Shown: in pieces, positions 7,939-18,025 of the stretch | Layout: each line of letters starts with the position of its first letter | Numbering within the stretch: the stretch's first letter is position 1 | NCBI GenBank assembly: GCA_963822965.1 | Contig: CAWGJT010000015.1 | Span: forward strand, 32,001-96,000 | Direction: 5' to 3' | Source of the DNA: an uncultured delta proteobacterium | GTDB taxonomy: Bacteria; Myxococcota_A; UBA9160; UBA4427 | DNA length: 64,000 bases | Made by a program: the position numbers and the translations under genes | Notes under the pieces: generated by a model | What the model saw: only the letters and a program-made list of their open reading frames with translations | Databases searched by the model: none | What the model was told of the DNA's origin: nothing

Positions 7939-10353
7939 CTAGCGGTCCTCGTCGGACATCAGATCGGCGACCTTCTTGTAGCGGCTCAGGTCGTAGATCC
8001 CGGCTCGGATCGGATCGACGCGCCTCGCGTGGTCGACGAACCACTGGAAGCTCGTCCAGATCTCGGGGTGGCTGCGCGCGAGACCGAATCGGGCCACCAC
8101 CCGGGTGAACTCGTCCTTCGTCGTCGCGGCATGCAGATCCCGCGTGAAGGCCTCGACCCGGGCGACGGGCACCTCGAACATGAAGTTCGGGTAGCTCCCG
8201 ATCAGGCCGCGGTAGATCGTCAGCGTGTCCTTGCCGGGCTCCCGGCGCTTCTCCTCGTCGAACATGAAGGCCACGTTGGTGTGCGCCTTGTTTCGGATCA
8301 GGGTGTACGCGAGATCCTCGCCAGCGTTCGCGGTCGCGATTCGCAGAAAGGCCACGTCCGGCATGAAGTCGACGAACTCCATCGCTTCCTGCGACGCGGG
8401 CCTCGAGGTCAAGGTCTGGAGCTGCTCGTCCACGCGCCGCTCCAACGGGCTCGCCCCCGGCCGGGAGCAGGGCGGATGGGCGCAACGATTCAGCACGTCG
8501 GGCGGCCCGGCCAGCGACTTCAACCGCTCCGAGACGAGCGACACGAACTCGGCCTTCGGGTCCGGCGTCCGATACCGGATCTGCACCGGCAGGTCTTCGT
8601 TCGCCACGACATAGCTCTTGGCGACCTCGAGCTGGAGCTTGCTCCCCTGATACCAGGAATCCCGCATCGCCGTCCGCGCCCCGGCCGGCATGAAGTGGAG
8701 GAAGTTGTTCTCGCCGCCCGTGCGGATCAGGTCGAAGTAGAGACGCGTCTCCACCTGCGAGGCCACGCTCCCGAAGACGTCGAAGTTCACGACCAGCAGG
8801 TAGTAGGAGCGTTCCAGCATCGGGTAGTCCATCACCCACAGCGTCTTCGGGACGGCGCCCACCAGACCCTTCGTGACCATCGCGTTGTCGAAGTTGCGAA
8901 AGACCGTGAGCGCCGCGTTGTCGTTCGTGCCGCCGCCGTCCCAGAGGTCGTCGAGCGACGGGCCGTCGGGCTGATGCTCGCGGTACGCCTGCCCCCGGAG
9001 CCGGATGTACTCGTTTCGCTCCTTGTTGCGGTCGTCCCAGTTCGATTTCATCAGCAGCAGGCGTTCCGTCTGGGGCACCAGAGTGAGAGCGGGTGCGACC
9101 CGCGCCAGGTAGGCCGGGTCGGTGACCGACAGATCGGCGTCGGGATCCTGGAACAGGACGTAGAACCGATCGTCGATGACGTCCGTGGCGACCTGGCCCG
9201 CGCAGACCGGACCCCGGATGTACGTCATGACGAAGTGCTCCGCCGTATCGAGCATGAACTCGTAGCGCCCGCGCGCCGGCATCGCGGCGAAGGTGACGAA
9301 CGGGTTGGCGGCGTTCTCCGGCGAATAGGCGGGCAGCGCTGCGACGTCCCAGTCGGGCTCGAGGAACAGCGCCTCGAAGCGGGCCATCCGGTCCGCGCTG
9401 AGCGAGTAGGCCAGGTGGCTCTTGTGGACGATCGTGCTCTGCAGGGTTCGGAAGCGGTAGAAGAAGGGCTGGCCGGGATCGTCGTTCGGGCGCGCCGTGG
9501 CGACGTCCCGAACGGGCTGTCCCGGCGGCGTCGTCGAGCGCACCAGCTCGAAGAAGTTCCGGCGGCCGGGGCCCTCGAAGTACAGATGGGCCGTGAACAG
9601 GTGCTCGTAGAGGTAGCGGGAGACCAGCCGGTTCTTCGGCGCCGGCCGGTTGAAGAACTCCTCCCAGCGTCGGATCTGCGCCTGCTCGCCTTCCGCCGGG
9701 ACGAGAGGCTCCTCGTCGATCACGCTGCCTTCCAGGATCCATTGGCGCAGGGTCTCGTACTCGCCGTCGGAGAGCCCGGTGATCGCGAGCGGCATGCCCT
9801 GCATGGGCTTGTCCTTCGCATAGCGCTCGAACTCCCCCTGCATGGGACACGAGGTCTCCCGGTCGAGCCCGAAGACGATGTCCTCGGGCACCGGGCTGTT
9901 CGGCACGAGGGGGTGGGTCTTGCCCAGCCGAACCATGGCGAACAGCAGGGAGTACTCGAGGTTGTTCGTCAGCGGGCCGCCCCGGTCGTTCAGCACCGAG
10001 TAGAACCCCTTTCGTCGCCAGGCGGCGGTGCCCTCTGCATCGACGAACAGACGCGTGGGCGGGACGTCCCGGAGACGGGAGCTGTCGTACACGGCGTTCT
10101 TCGTCGCGCCGCGAAGAAGCCCCGGGCCGGAGCTCAGCTTCAGCTGACACGGAGCGTCATAGCACGCGTGACAAGCGACGCACTTCGTATCGAGGAGGGG
10201 TCGGATGTCCCGGGAGTAGGAGGTGGTCTGGGTCGTCGCGAGGGTCGGTGCCCCTTCCGGTTGCGGCGTCGGCTGGCAGCCTGCGACAAGCAGTGCGAGG
10301 AGCGCTCCGGCGAGTCCGCGTCTCGCCGATCGGTGGTTGCTGTCTTCGTGCAA
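7939..10353 (-). CDS. cti: Fatty acid cis/trans isomerase (heme c), predicted lipoprotein
   Basis: CVACHACYDAPCQL heme motif, RGPVC.GQ.A, RSYYLLVVNFDVFG, YDLSRY. TTG at 10353 follows GGGAGA; lipobox-like LVAG-C. Confidence 0.9.
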   Translation of the reverse strand: MHEDSNHRSARRGLAGALLALLVAGCQPTPQPEGAPTLATTQTTSYSRDIRPLLDTKCVACHACYDAPCQLKLSSGPGLLRGATKNAVYDSSRLRDVPPTRLFVDAEGTAAWRRKGFYSVLNDRGGPLTNNLEYSLLFAMVRLGKTHPLVPNSPVPEDIVFGLDRETSCPMQGEFERYAKDKPMQGMPLAITGLSDGEYETLRQWILEGSVIDEEPLVPAEGEQAQIRRWEEFFNRPAPKNRLVSRYLYEHLFTAHLYFEGPGRRNFFELVRSTTPPGQPVRDVATARPNDDPGQPFFYRFRTLQSTIVHKSHLAYSLSADRMARFEALFLEPDWDVAALPAYSPENAANPFVTFAAMPARGRYEFMLDTAEHFVMTYIRGPVCAGQVATDVIDDRFYVLFQDPDADLSVTDPAYLARVAPALTLVPQTERLLLMKSNWDDRNKERNEYIRLRGQAYREHQPDGPSLDDLWDGGGTNDNAALTVFRNFDNAMVTKGLVGAVPKTLWVMDYPMLERSYYLLVVNFDVFGSVASQVETRLYFDLIRTGGENNFLHFMPAGARTAMRDSWYQGSKLQLEVAKSYVVANEDLPVQIRYRTPDPKAEFVSLVSERLKSLAGPPDVLNRCAHPPCSRPGASPLERRVDEQLQTLTSRPASQEAMEFVDFMPDVAFLRIATANAGEDLAYTLIRNKAHTNVAFMFDEEKRREPGKDTLTIYRGLIGSYPNFMFEVPVARVEAFTRDLHAATTKDEFTRVVARFGLARSHPEIWTSFQWFVDHARRVDPIRAGIYDLSRYKKVADLMSDEDR

Positions 10354-10471
10354 GGTACGGTCTCCCGGCTTCCTGTTCCTGTTCGGCTCGGCCACGATGC
10401 TCGGATTGCCCGCGGCGGCCACGAAGCCCGGGAACCGGTCCATCCCCGGCATGATACCCATCGGGACGGGC

Positions 10472-11831
10472 TCAGAAGTCCACTACGTAGCGCAGGATCG
10501 TCACGAGGGCGTCGCGCCGATTGCTCAGGCCGCCCGGGTTCGCGACGTACTGCAGGTCGGCCTGCAGCGACAGCCAGGGCGTCAGGACCGCCTGGTAGGT
10601 CCACTCCACGGCGACCTCGGCCACGGCCGGCGAGTCGCCGGCGGCCCGGCTCGCGCGCTTGAAGGAGTGGCCGTTGTAGGCGGCGGCGACGCCCATGCCG
10701 AGCTCGTCCTCGGGTCGGCCCGGGAGGAGCCCCGTGTACGTGAAGCCGGCGCCCGTGTAGCCCTCGAACTGCGCGACGTCGCCGTCGGCCCAGCCCAGCT
10801 GCAGGAAGAGCGCGAACCCGCTCGCGTTCAGCGGGTCGAGCTGCGTGGCGTCGTAGTCTGCGATCAGATAGAGGCCCGGATGCCCCCGGGTCTGGACCGG
10901 GTCGCCGGCGGCGTTGGTGCGCGCGAGGTGGGGCATGCGGGCCGAATAGAGCCAGGTGCCGAGGGCGATCCTCGCGGAGGTCGGCCGCTGGGACCACTCC
11001 CGACCCACCCGCCGGCGCTGGGTCGGCCGCGACGCACCGTCGACTTCGCCCTGCTGCTCGGACCGGGCACGGTCGTAGGCCACCTCGGCGATGAAGAAGA
11101 CGCCGTCGTCGTCGTCGAGGCGAACCCGCGTGCCCTTGGGATGGCTCGGCTCGCCGGGAATCCCGTCGAGGACCGCCGCCTGAAGCTCGTAGCCCGGGAA
11201 GGGCTCGGCCTTGAGGCGGGCGCCGAGCGAGGTGGTGGGGAAGATCGATGGACCGTTGACGCCGCTGTTTCCCAGGGCGGCCCCGATGCCGAACGAGCTG
11301 TTCAGGAAGAGCTCGGCCGTCTCCACGGAATAGAACTCGGAGTTGACGTCGTAGAGCCCGAAGAGGATCGACGCGCGGTCCTCGAGCAGGGACTTCTGCC
11401 ACCAGGCCTCGAAGAGCTTGGCGGTGCTGGGCGCTTCGATGTTGTCCACGCCCTGGGCGTCGCCCACGTCCGCCGACGGACGACCGCCGTGGTCCAGCAG
11501 CCCGTAGAGGAAGAAGCTGCCGAGATCGACACCCAGCAGCGCTTCGGTGTGCCAGGTGAAGGTCATGTCGAGGTTCCCGAGAACCTCGGTCTTGCGCCGC
11601 AGCCCGCCGGTGGTGTTGGTGACGACGTCGCCCGTGTAGGCGAGGTCGAACAGGATCTCCGACGCCTCGAGGCGCGCGCGCAGGCCCGCCCAGGTCGGGG
11701 ATCAGGTGCGGCCGCGTCCAGAAGTCGTCCTCGGGAAGGGCTCCGTCGTCCGCCCACGCCGGGCTCCCGAGGCCCGGCGCGAGGCACGAGAGCAGAGCGC
11801 CCAGGATCGCGAATCGTGTGAGCGGGTCCAC
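10472..11831 (-). CDS. Carbohydrate-selective porin, OprB family (one frameshift near 11685)
   Basis: Signal peptide and DDFWTRPHLIPDLGG in one frame; LRARLE...YTGDVVTNTTGG...FLNSSFG...EWTYQ...LQADLQYVANPG...VVDF (terminal Phe) in another. Confidence 0.85.
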
Positions 11832-11985
11832 GGCTTCCGTTCGATCCTTCCGCGATCTCCGAGCCGCCCCGGACTCGTGGGAGGAGCTGCGCCAGCAGGG
11901 GGACGTCGAGGATAGCCTCGGGCGCGTTATCTTCGCGCCCCGGCGAAGCGACCGGCCGGATGGGGCGGACGCAGAGGCGCGGCGG

Positions 11986-12045
11986 ACGGACGAGCAGGCG
12001 GACGAGCAGACCCACGAGCCCACGGACGAGCAGACGGATACGGAT
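11986..12045 (+). repeat. 12-bp tandem repeat ACGGACGAGCAG x4 plus ACGGAT x2
   Basis: Read directly; ends at the SD AAGGAG (12046-12051) of the MaoC gene. Confidence 0.8.
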
Positions 12046-12058
12046 AAGGAGAGCAGCC

Positions 12059-12913
12059 ATGCCCATCGATCTCGAGAAGGCCCGCGGCCATGCGTTCCCG
12101 GAAGGCGAAGGCGGCTACGGCAAGGACGACGTCATCCTCTACCACCTGGGCGTGGGCGCCGGCGTGCCGCCCACCGATCCGGGCGAGCTCGAGTACACCT
12201 ACGAGAAGAACCTGAAGGTGCTGCCGAGCTTCCCCACCGTGGTGCGCGCCGGCGCGGCCGCCGCCATCTTCGACGTGCCGGGCATGCAGTTCAACCGCGC
12301 CATGATGCTGCACGGCGAGCAGGACGTGGAGATCCACCGGCCGCTGCCGCCCGAGGCGAAGCTGCGCGGCCGCGCCCGGGTGGCCGACATCTTCGACAAG
12401 GGCAAGGCGGCGCTGGCGATCGTCGAGGTGAACGCCGACACCGCGGACGGCGAGCCGCTCTTCACGAGCCGCATGTCCCTCTTCCTGCGCGGCGAGGGCG
12501 GCTTCGGCGGCGAGCCCGGACCGGCGGTGTCGAACGAGGCGCCCGACCGCGAGCCCGATGGCGTGGTGGAGTCGGCGACCCTGCCCCAGCAGGCGCTGCT
12601 CTATCGCCTGAACGGCGACAAGAACCCGCTCCACGCCGACCCCGAGTTCGCCAAGATGGGCGGCTTCGACCGGCCCATCATCCACGGCCTGTGCTCGTAC
12701 GGCATCGTGTGCAAGGCGGTGGTGGACGGCGCCCTCGGCGGCGACGTCAGCCGGGTGGCGCGCTACCAGGCGCGCTTCCGCGGCGTGGCCTTCCCGGGCG
12801 AGACCTACCTCACGTCCTTCTGGCGCGAGGGCGACAAGATCCTGATCGAGGCGAAGTCGAAGGAGCGCGACGCGGTCATCCTCTCGAACGCGGCGTTCAC
12901 CCTGCGCGGCTGA
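12059..12913 (+). CDS. MaoC-family (R)-specific enoyl-CoA hydratase 2 (MFE-2-like double hot-dog fold)
   Basis: Hydratase-2 motif YRLNGDKNPLHADPEFAK.GGFDRPIIHGLCSYG; also LHGEQ. Confidence 0.9.
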   Translation: MPIDLEKARGHAFPEGEGGYGKDDVILYHLGVGAGVPPTDPGELEYTYEKNLKVLPSFPTVVRAGAAAAIFDVPGMQFNRAMMLHGEQDVEIHRPLPPEAKLRGRARVADIFDKGKAALAIVEVNADTADGEPLFTSRMSLFLRGEGGFGGEPGPAVSNEAPDREPDGVVESATLPQQALLYRLNGDKNPLHADPEFAKMGGFDRPIIHGLCSYGIVCKAVVDGALGGDVSRVARYQARFRGVAFPGETYLTSFWREGDKILIEAKSKERDAVILSNAAFTLRG

Positions 12914-12932
12914 GCGCGGCGAACGCGGCGGG

Positions 12933-14284
12933 CTAGTCCGGCCTGGCGAGGAGCGCCAGCGCCAGGCGCGCGGTGGCGCGGATCCCCGTCTCGATGGTGG
13001 GCTCCGCGTCCGGCGCGAAGCGGCTCGAATGCAGCGAGGGCAGCGGCTCGCCGCCCGCGTGGCTCGCCTGCCACTCCGCCGGCTCGACGGCGCCCAGCCG
13101 GAACATGAACGCCGGGAACCCCTTCTCGCGGTGGTAGCGGCCGAAGTCCTCGCCGCCCATGGCGGCGGGCAGGGGGACCACGTTCTCCTCGCCCAGGAAG
13201 CCGCGGAAGAGCGCGGCGGCGGCCGCCGTCAGGGCCGGGTCGTTGTACATGGCCGGGGTGTACTCGTCCTTCACGGTGACGTCGGGCGGCTGCGGGCACT
13301 GAAAGGCCTGGCAGATGTCGTTGGCGAGCTGACGGATGCTGCCGAGCAGCAGCTCGCGCACCTCGTCCGAGTACGAGCGCACAGTGAGCTGCAGCTTCAC
13401 CTCGTCGGGGATCACGTTGTTCTTCGAGCCGCCGTGGATCGATCCGACCGTGACCACGGCGGGGTCGGTCGGGTTCACCCGCCGGCTCACGATGGTCTGC
13501 AGGGCGACGACCAGGTGCGCGGCGGTGACGATGGGATCGACGGTGTCGTGGGGACGGGCGCCGTGACCCCCGCGGCCGTGAATCGTGATGTCGACGGAGT
13601 CGACGTTGGCCGCCGCCCAGCCCGACACGTAGCCGATCTGCCCGGCGGGCAGGGTGCCGTCCACGTGCAGGGCGATGGCCTCGTCGGGCAGCGGGATCTT
13701 CTCGAAGAGCCCGTCGTCGATCATCATCTGGGCGCCGCGCCCGATCTCCTCGGCGGGCTGGGCGAGGATCACCACGGTGCCGCTCCAGCGCTTGCGCAGG
13801 TCTGCCATCAAGCGCGCCGTACCGAGCAGGCTCGTCACGTGCACGTCGTGCCCGCAGGCGTGCATGACGCCGACGGTGCTGCCGTCGGGCTGGGTGCGGC
13901 TCACCCGACTCGCATACGGCAGCCCCGTCTGCTCGATCACGGGCAGCGCGTCCATGTCGCCGCGGATCAGCACCGTCGGCCCGGGCCCGTTCGCGAGCAC
14001 GCCCACCACCCCGGTGCCGCCGATGTCGCGCTGCACCTCGTAGCCCGCCTTCGAGAGGGTGCGGGCCACCAGCGCCGCCGTCTGCTTCTCCTCGAGCGAG
14101 AGCTCGGGCCGCGCGTGCAGCTGGCGGTAGGTGGTGACCAGCTCCGGGAGACGCTCCTCCACCCAGGCGTCCACCTGCGCGCCGTCGTCGGGCGGCAGCA
14201 GAGCTCGGCGGGCGCCGCCGCGAGCCCCCGCGCCGCGACGATCCAGACGCAGGCCACGACCGCACACAGGGTTCGAAGCTTCAT
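12933..14284 (-). CDS. Secreted M20 family amidohydrolase (frameshift near 14200)
   Basis: LHARPELS, RGDMDALP, MHACGHD, QPAEE, GRGGHG, GGEDF. The signal peptide MKLRTLCAVVACVW... from ATG 14284 is in a different frame. Confidence 0.88.
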
Positions 14285-14404
14285 GGACGGGCGACCTCCC
14301 GGTGGAGCACGAAGCGCCGCGGCGCCGGCGGGCGCTCCAGAGACGGTACCGAAGCGAGGGCCACGGGGGGTGCGCGGACCTGAAAGTGGCATACTCCGCC
14401 GCCC

Positions 14405-15553
14405 ATGTCCGCCAGGGCCCCGTTCACCGGCTCGTTCGTGAGCGTCTCAGGACCCGCGACGGCGCTCGCCGGGTGGCGGCTCGTCGCATGCCTGCTCCTT
14501 TCGTGCCTGGCCGGGCTGGGCGGGGCGCCGGCCCGGGCCGTCATCATCGCCTCGGGCGACGGCTCGGGAAACACCACGCCGCCCCCGAACGACTTCGGCT
14601 TCGCCAACGTGGGCGCCGCGGAGCAGACCGCCGTGTACCTGGGCAACGGCTGGGTGATCACCGCGAACCACGTACGCGAGGGCGAGGTCGTGCTGCCAGG
14701 GGCACCCCTACCCCGCGGTCCCCGGCTCGAAGCTGCGGATCTCGAACGCCGGCGGCGGCGTCTCCGCCGACCTCGCCGTCTTCCGCCTGCAGGAGCCCAT
14801 CCCCGCCCTGCCCTCGCTCACGCTGCGGCGGCGCCCCTCGTGCCCGGGCTGGCGCTGGTGATGGCCGGCAACGGATTCGATCGCGGCGATCCCATGGAGT
14901 TCGAGGCGCGGCCCGGCTGGAGCTGGGCGAGCTCGACGCACCTGCGCTGGGGCACCAACGAGGTGGAGCAGACCGGCCTCACCGTGAACGTCGGCGTCGG
15001 GACCGCCACCGCCGCGTTCTCGACCGACTTCACGCCCGGGCTTCCCACCCCCCACGAGGCGCAGGTGGCGGTGGGCGATTCCGGAGGAGCCGTCTTCGCG
15101 CAGCAGGATGGCCGTTGGGAGCTGGCGGGGGTGCTCTTCGCCGCCGACACCTTCGAGGGACAGCCCCCGCGCACCACGGTCTACGGCAACACCACCTTCG
15201 CCGCCGACCTGTCGGTCTACCGCGAGCAGATCCTCGAGCGCACCGGGCAGCCCGCCTGCCGGGACGGCCTCGACGACGACGGCGACGGGCGGGTGGACTT
15301 CCCCGAAGACCCGGACTGTCTCGGCGCGGACGACCCCGACGAGCTGTCGCGGTGCCCGGCCGGAACCACCGCCGGCGACGCGAACGGCGACGGCCGCCCG
15401 GACGGGCTCGACTACGCGATCTGGACCGAGCACACGGGTCGCGACGACGCAGGGCCCGGCCCGGAGAGCGGAGACTTCGACTGCGACGGGCACGTGGACG
15501 CCGCGGACTTCTTCCTCTGGCGCACCGCGTACCGGCGGCAGACCACGCGCTGA
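14405..15553 (+). CDS. Secreted trypsin-like serine protease with C-terminal dockerin-like Ca-binding repeats (compensating frameshifts about 14696-14830)
   Basis: YLGNGWVITANHV and GDSGG in the main frame; ADLAVFRL only in the +1 frame. C-terminus CRDGLDDDGDGRVDFPEDPDC, GDANGDGRPDGLD, GDFDCDGHVDAAD. Confidence 0.8.
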   Translation: MSARAPFTGSFVSVSGPATALAGWRLVACLLLSCLAGLGGAPARAVIIASGDGSGNTTPPPNDFGFANVGAAEQTAVYLGNGWVITANHVREGEVVLPGAPLPRGPRLEAADLERRRRRLRRPRRLPPAGAHPRPALAHAAAAPLVPGLALVMAGNGFDRGDPMEFEARPGWSWASSTHLRWGTNEVEQTGLTVNVGVGTATAAFSTDFTPGLPTPHEAQVAVGDSGGAVFAQQDGRWELAGVLFAADTFEGQPPRTTVYGNTTFAADLSVYREQILERTGQPACRDGLDDDGDGRVDFPEDPDCLGADDPDELSRCPAGTTAGDANGDGRPDGLDYAIWTEHTGRDDAGPGPESGDFDCDGHVDAADFFLWRTAYRRQTTR

Positions 15554-15608
15554 CCCCCGCGAGGGCCCGGCGGCCGCCGATCCCGATCCGTGTCGCTACC
15601 CTCGCGTC

Positions 15609-16454
15609 ATGTCCCCGGAAGCCTGTCGCATCGAGCCCGCCGAGGGGTTCGTCCGCGTCCCCTCCGCCTTCACCCGCGAGCAAGCCGCCGCCATGGCCTC
15701 CCGCGTGTGGCAGACCCTCGAGCACGAGTACGGCGTCGTCCGCGACGACCCCGCGAGCTGGCACCTCGAGCAGGCCTGGGGTCTCCAGTCCCTGAAGCGC
15801 CACTCGGTCTTCGAGCCCATCGGCGGCGAGAAGCTCACCGCCGCTCTCGACGCCTGGATGGGCCGGGGAGGCTGGCAACGCCCGAAGGACTGGGGACAGA
15901 TGCTCGTCACGTTCCCCACCCCGGGCCCATGGACGCTTCCCCATCGCGTCTGGCACACGGACTTCCCCTACCACACACGCTACGCCGGGTCGTCGGGGCG
16001 GATCGGGGGTGCGCTGGTCCTCACCTTCGTGTCGGACGTGCCGCCGCGCTCGGGCGGCACCCTGGTGGTGGCCGGGTCGCCCGCCGTGGTGCGGCGCTTC
16101 CTGGAAGGCCGGCCGCGCGCGAAGCGGGAGAACAGGCAGGAGAAGATGAAGACGGTGCGCCAGGCCCTGATGCAGAGCGACCCGTGGCTGGCGGACCTGG
16201 CGAGCGACGCGCCGCAGCCGGACCGCATCGAGCGATTCATGGAGCGGGGCCACGAGATCGGGGGCGTGCCGGTGCGGGTGGTGGAGCTCACCGGCAGGGC
16301 GGGCGACGTGGTGATCGGCCACCCGTGGCTGCTGCACGCCGGCGCGCCCAACTGCGGCGACGGGCCGAGGATCATGCGCGTGCAGCGCATCGGCCCCGCC
16401 GCGGTCTCTCGCAGAGCCCCGCGCGCGTCGGAGGCGTCTCCCGGAACGAGCTAG
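15609..16454 (+). CDS. Phytanoyl-CoA dioxygenase (PhyH) family Fe(II)/2OG enzyme
   Basis: GFVRVPSAF, WHTD (HxD), GGTLVVAGS, ELTGRAGDVVIGHPWLLH. Confidence 0.75.
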   Translation: MSPEACRIEPAEGFVRVPSAFTREQAAAMASRVWQTLEHEYGVVRDDPASWHLEQAWGLQSLKRHSVFEPIGGEKLTAALDAWMGRGGWQRPKDWGQMLVTFPTPGPWTLPHRVWHTDFPYHTRYAGSSGRIGGALVLTFVSDVPPRSGGTLVVAGSPAVVRRFLEGRPRAKRENRQEKMKTVRQALMQSDPWLADLASDAPQPDRIERFMERGHEIGGVPVRVVELTGRAGDVVIGHPWLLHAGAPNCGDGPRIMRVQRIGPAAVSRRAPRASEASPGTS

Positions 16455-16654
16455 CCTCAATGCGTCATTCCTCGAGCTTCTCGCGTGCGCAGAGCCCGCC
16501 AGCCCTTGCGGATCCCTCGCCGGAATCAGCCTGAGCGCGAGCACCTCATACCGTGAGAGCCTGGCGGCAGACTCGAATCGCGGCACGGGCCGCGCAGCTG
16601 CGTGAATCCGGGCAGCATCGAGAGTTGCGCCCCGATCCGCATGACGGATCCGGG

Positions 16655-17935
16655 CTACGCGTAGACGGCCTTCTGCGGCCCTCCCCCGCCGCCGCCCGTG
16701 CGCACGTGCTCCAGCGCCGCGGCCAGGTCTTCGAGATAGGCGTCCGCCGCCTCGGCGTGGGAGGGCGAGAGCATCAGGTGGATGCCCCGGGGCTCGGTGA
16801 TGAGTCCGGTGAACCAGCCGCGCTGCTTGAGCTGCGCCCACACGCCAAAGATGGGCAGCGCCTCTTCGTCCTCCGATCCGTAGGTGAAGAGGCCGAGCTT
16901 CGGATCGCCGTAGGTGCAGAGGCCGTCCATGGCGTCGATGGCCGCCATCAGGCGCTCGCGCGTGTCGGTCACGATCTTGGCCTTCTCGCGATAGCCCGCG
17001 ACGCCCAGGTACTGCATCACGGCCCAGGCCGCGGCCACGGCGCCGCCCGGTCGGGTGCCCGCCGCGGTGGGGGTGGTCATGCCGCCGGCGGGCCAGTCGT
17101 CGCACGAGAAGATCTGGAAGGCGCGCTGCTCCTCGCTGCGGTGGAAGACCGTGGAGGCGCCCTTGGCCGCGTAGCCGTACTTGTGGAGGTCGGCCGAGAT
17201 GGAGCGCACCCCCGGCAGCTCGAAGTCGAAGGGCGGCACGTCCACGCCGTTCATGCGCGCGAAGGGCGCGAAGTAGCCGCCCACGCAGGCGTCCACGTGC
17301 AGCCACAGGTCGCGCTCGAGAGCCAGGTCGGACAGGGGCTCGATGGGATCGATGAGGCCATAGGGAAAGCACGGCGCCGAGCCCACCAGCATGAGGGTGC
17401 GGTCGCTGACGGCCTTCGCGATGGCGGGGACGTCCGCCCGCAGGTCGGCGGCGACGGGCACCCGCACCACCTTCAGGTCGAGATAGGCGGCGGCCTTGTC
17501 GAAGGCGAGGTGGGTGGAGCGCGGCACCACGATCTCGGCGCCCCGGGTGTCCATGCCCCGGGCCCGGGCCTGGTCGCGGCAGGTCTTGACCGCCATCAGG
17601 ATGCTCTCGGTGCCGCCCGAGGTCATGTTGCCGCAGGCGCCCTCGGGCCCGTGCAGCAGGCCGAGCCCCATCGAGACCACCTCGCTCTCCATGCGGCGCA
17701 GGCTGGGGAAGGCCGCCGGGCCCAGGGCGTTCTCGCTCTGGTAGAGCGCGTAGGCGTCCTTGGCCACCTGCAGCACGTCGTCGCCCGGATGGAAGACGTA
17801 GACCGCCGTGCGCCCGCTGCGCCAGTCGGCGTCGCCCTTCCCCATGTCGAGCATCTCGTCGCGGATCGACGACCAGTCGCGGCCCTTCGCGGGAAGCGTC
17901 ACGCCGGTGTTCACGTCTGCCTTGGGTTCGGCCAT
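16655..17935 (-). CDS. PLP-dependent decarboxylase/lyase, sphingosine-1-phosphate lyase-like
   Basis: TSGGTESILMA, H.AFDKAA, GSAP.FPYG.IDPI, LHVDACVGG, SISADLHKYGY, GTRPGG. SD GGAGG before ATG 17935. Confidence 0.85.
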   Translation of the reverse strand: MAEPKADVNTGVTLPAKGRDWSSIRDEMLDMGKGDADWRSGRTAVYVFHPGDDVLQVAKDAYALYQSENALGPAAFPSLRRMESEVVSMGLGLLHGPEGACGNMTSGGTESILMAVKTCRDQARARGMDTRGAEIVVPRSTHLAFDKAAAYLDLKVVRVPVAADLRADVPAIAKAVSDRTLMLVGSAPCFPYGLIDPIEPLSDLALERDLWLHVDACVGGYFAPFARMNGVDVPPFDFELPGVRSISADLHKYGYAAKGASTVFHRSEEQRAFQIFSCDDWPAGGMTTPTAAGTRPGGAVAAAWAVMQYLGVAGYREKAKIVTDTRERLMAAIDAMDGLCTYGDPKLGLFTYGSEDEEALPIFGVWAQLKQRGWFTGLITEPRGIHLMLSPSHAEAADAYLEDLAAALEHVRTGGGGGGPQKAVYA

Positions 17936-18025
17936 GGGGCGGTGTCCTCCGTCCGCGCAGGCTATCACGAAGCGCGGGCCGGCCGGCTTTTGCCTTTTGT
18001 TCACTTTCGTCTATGTTTCGCCGCC

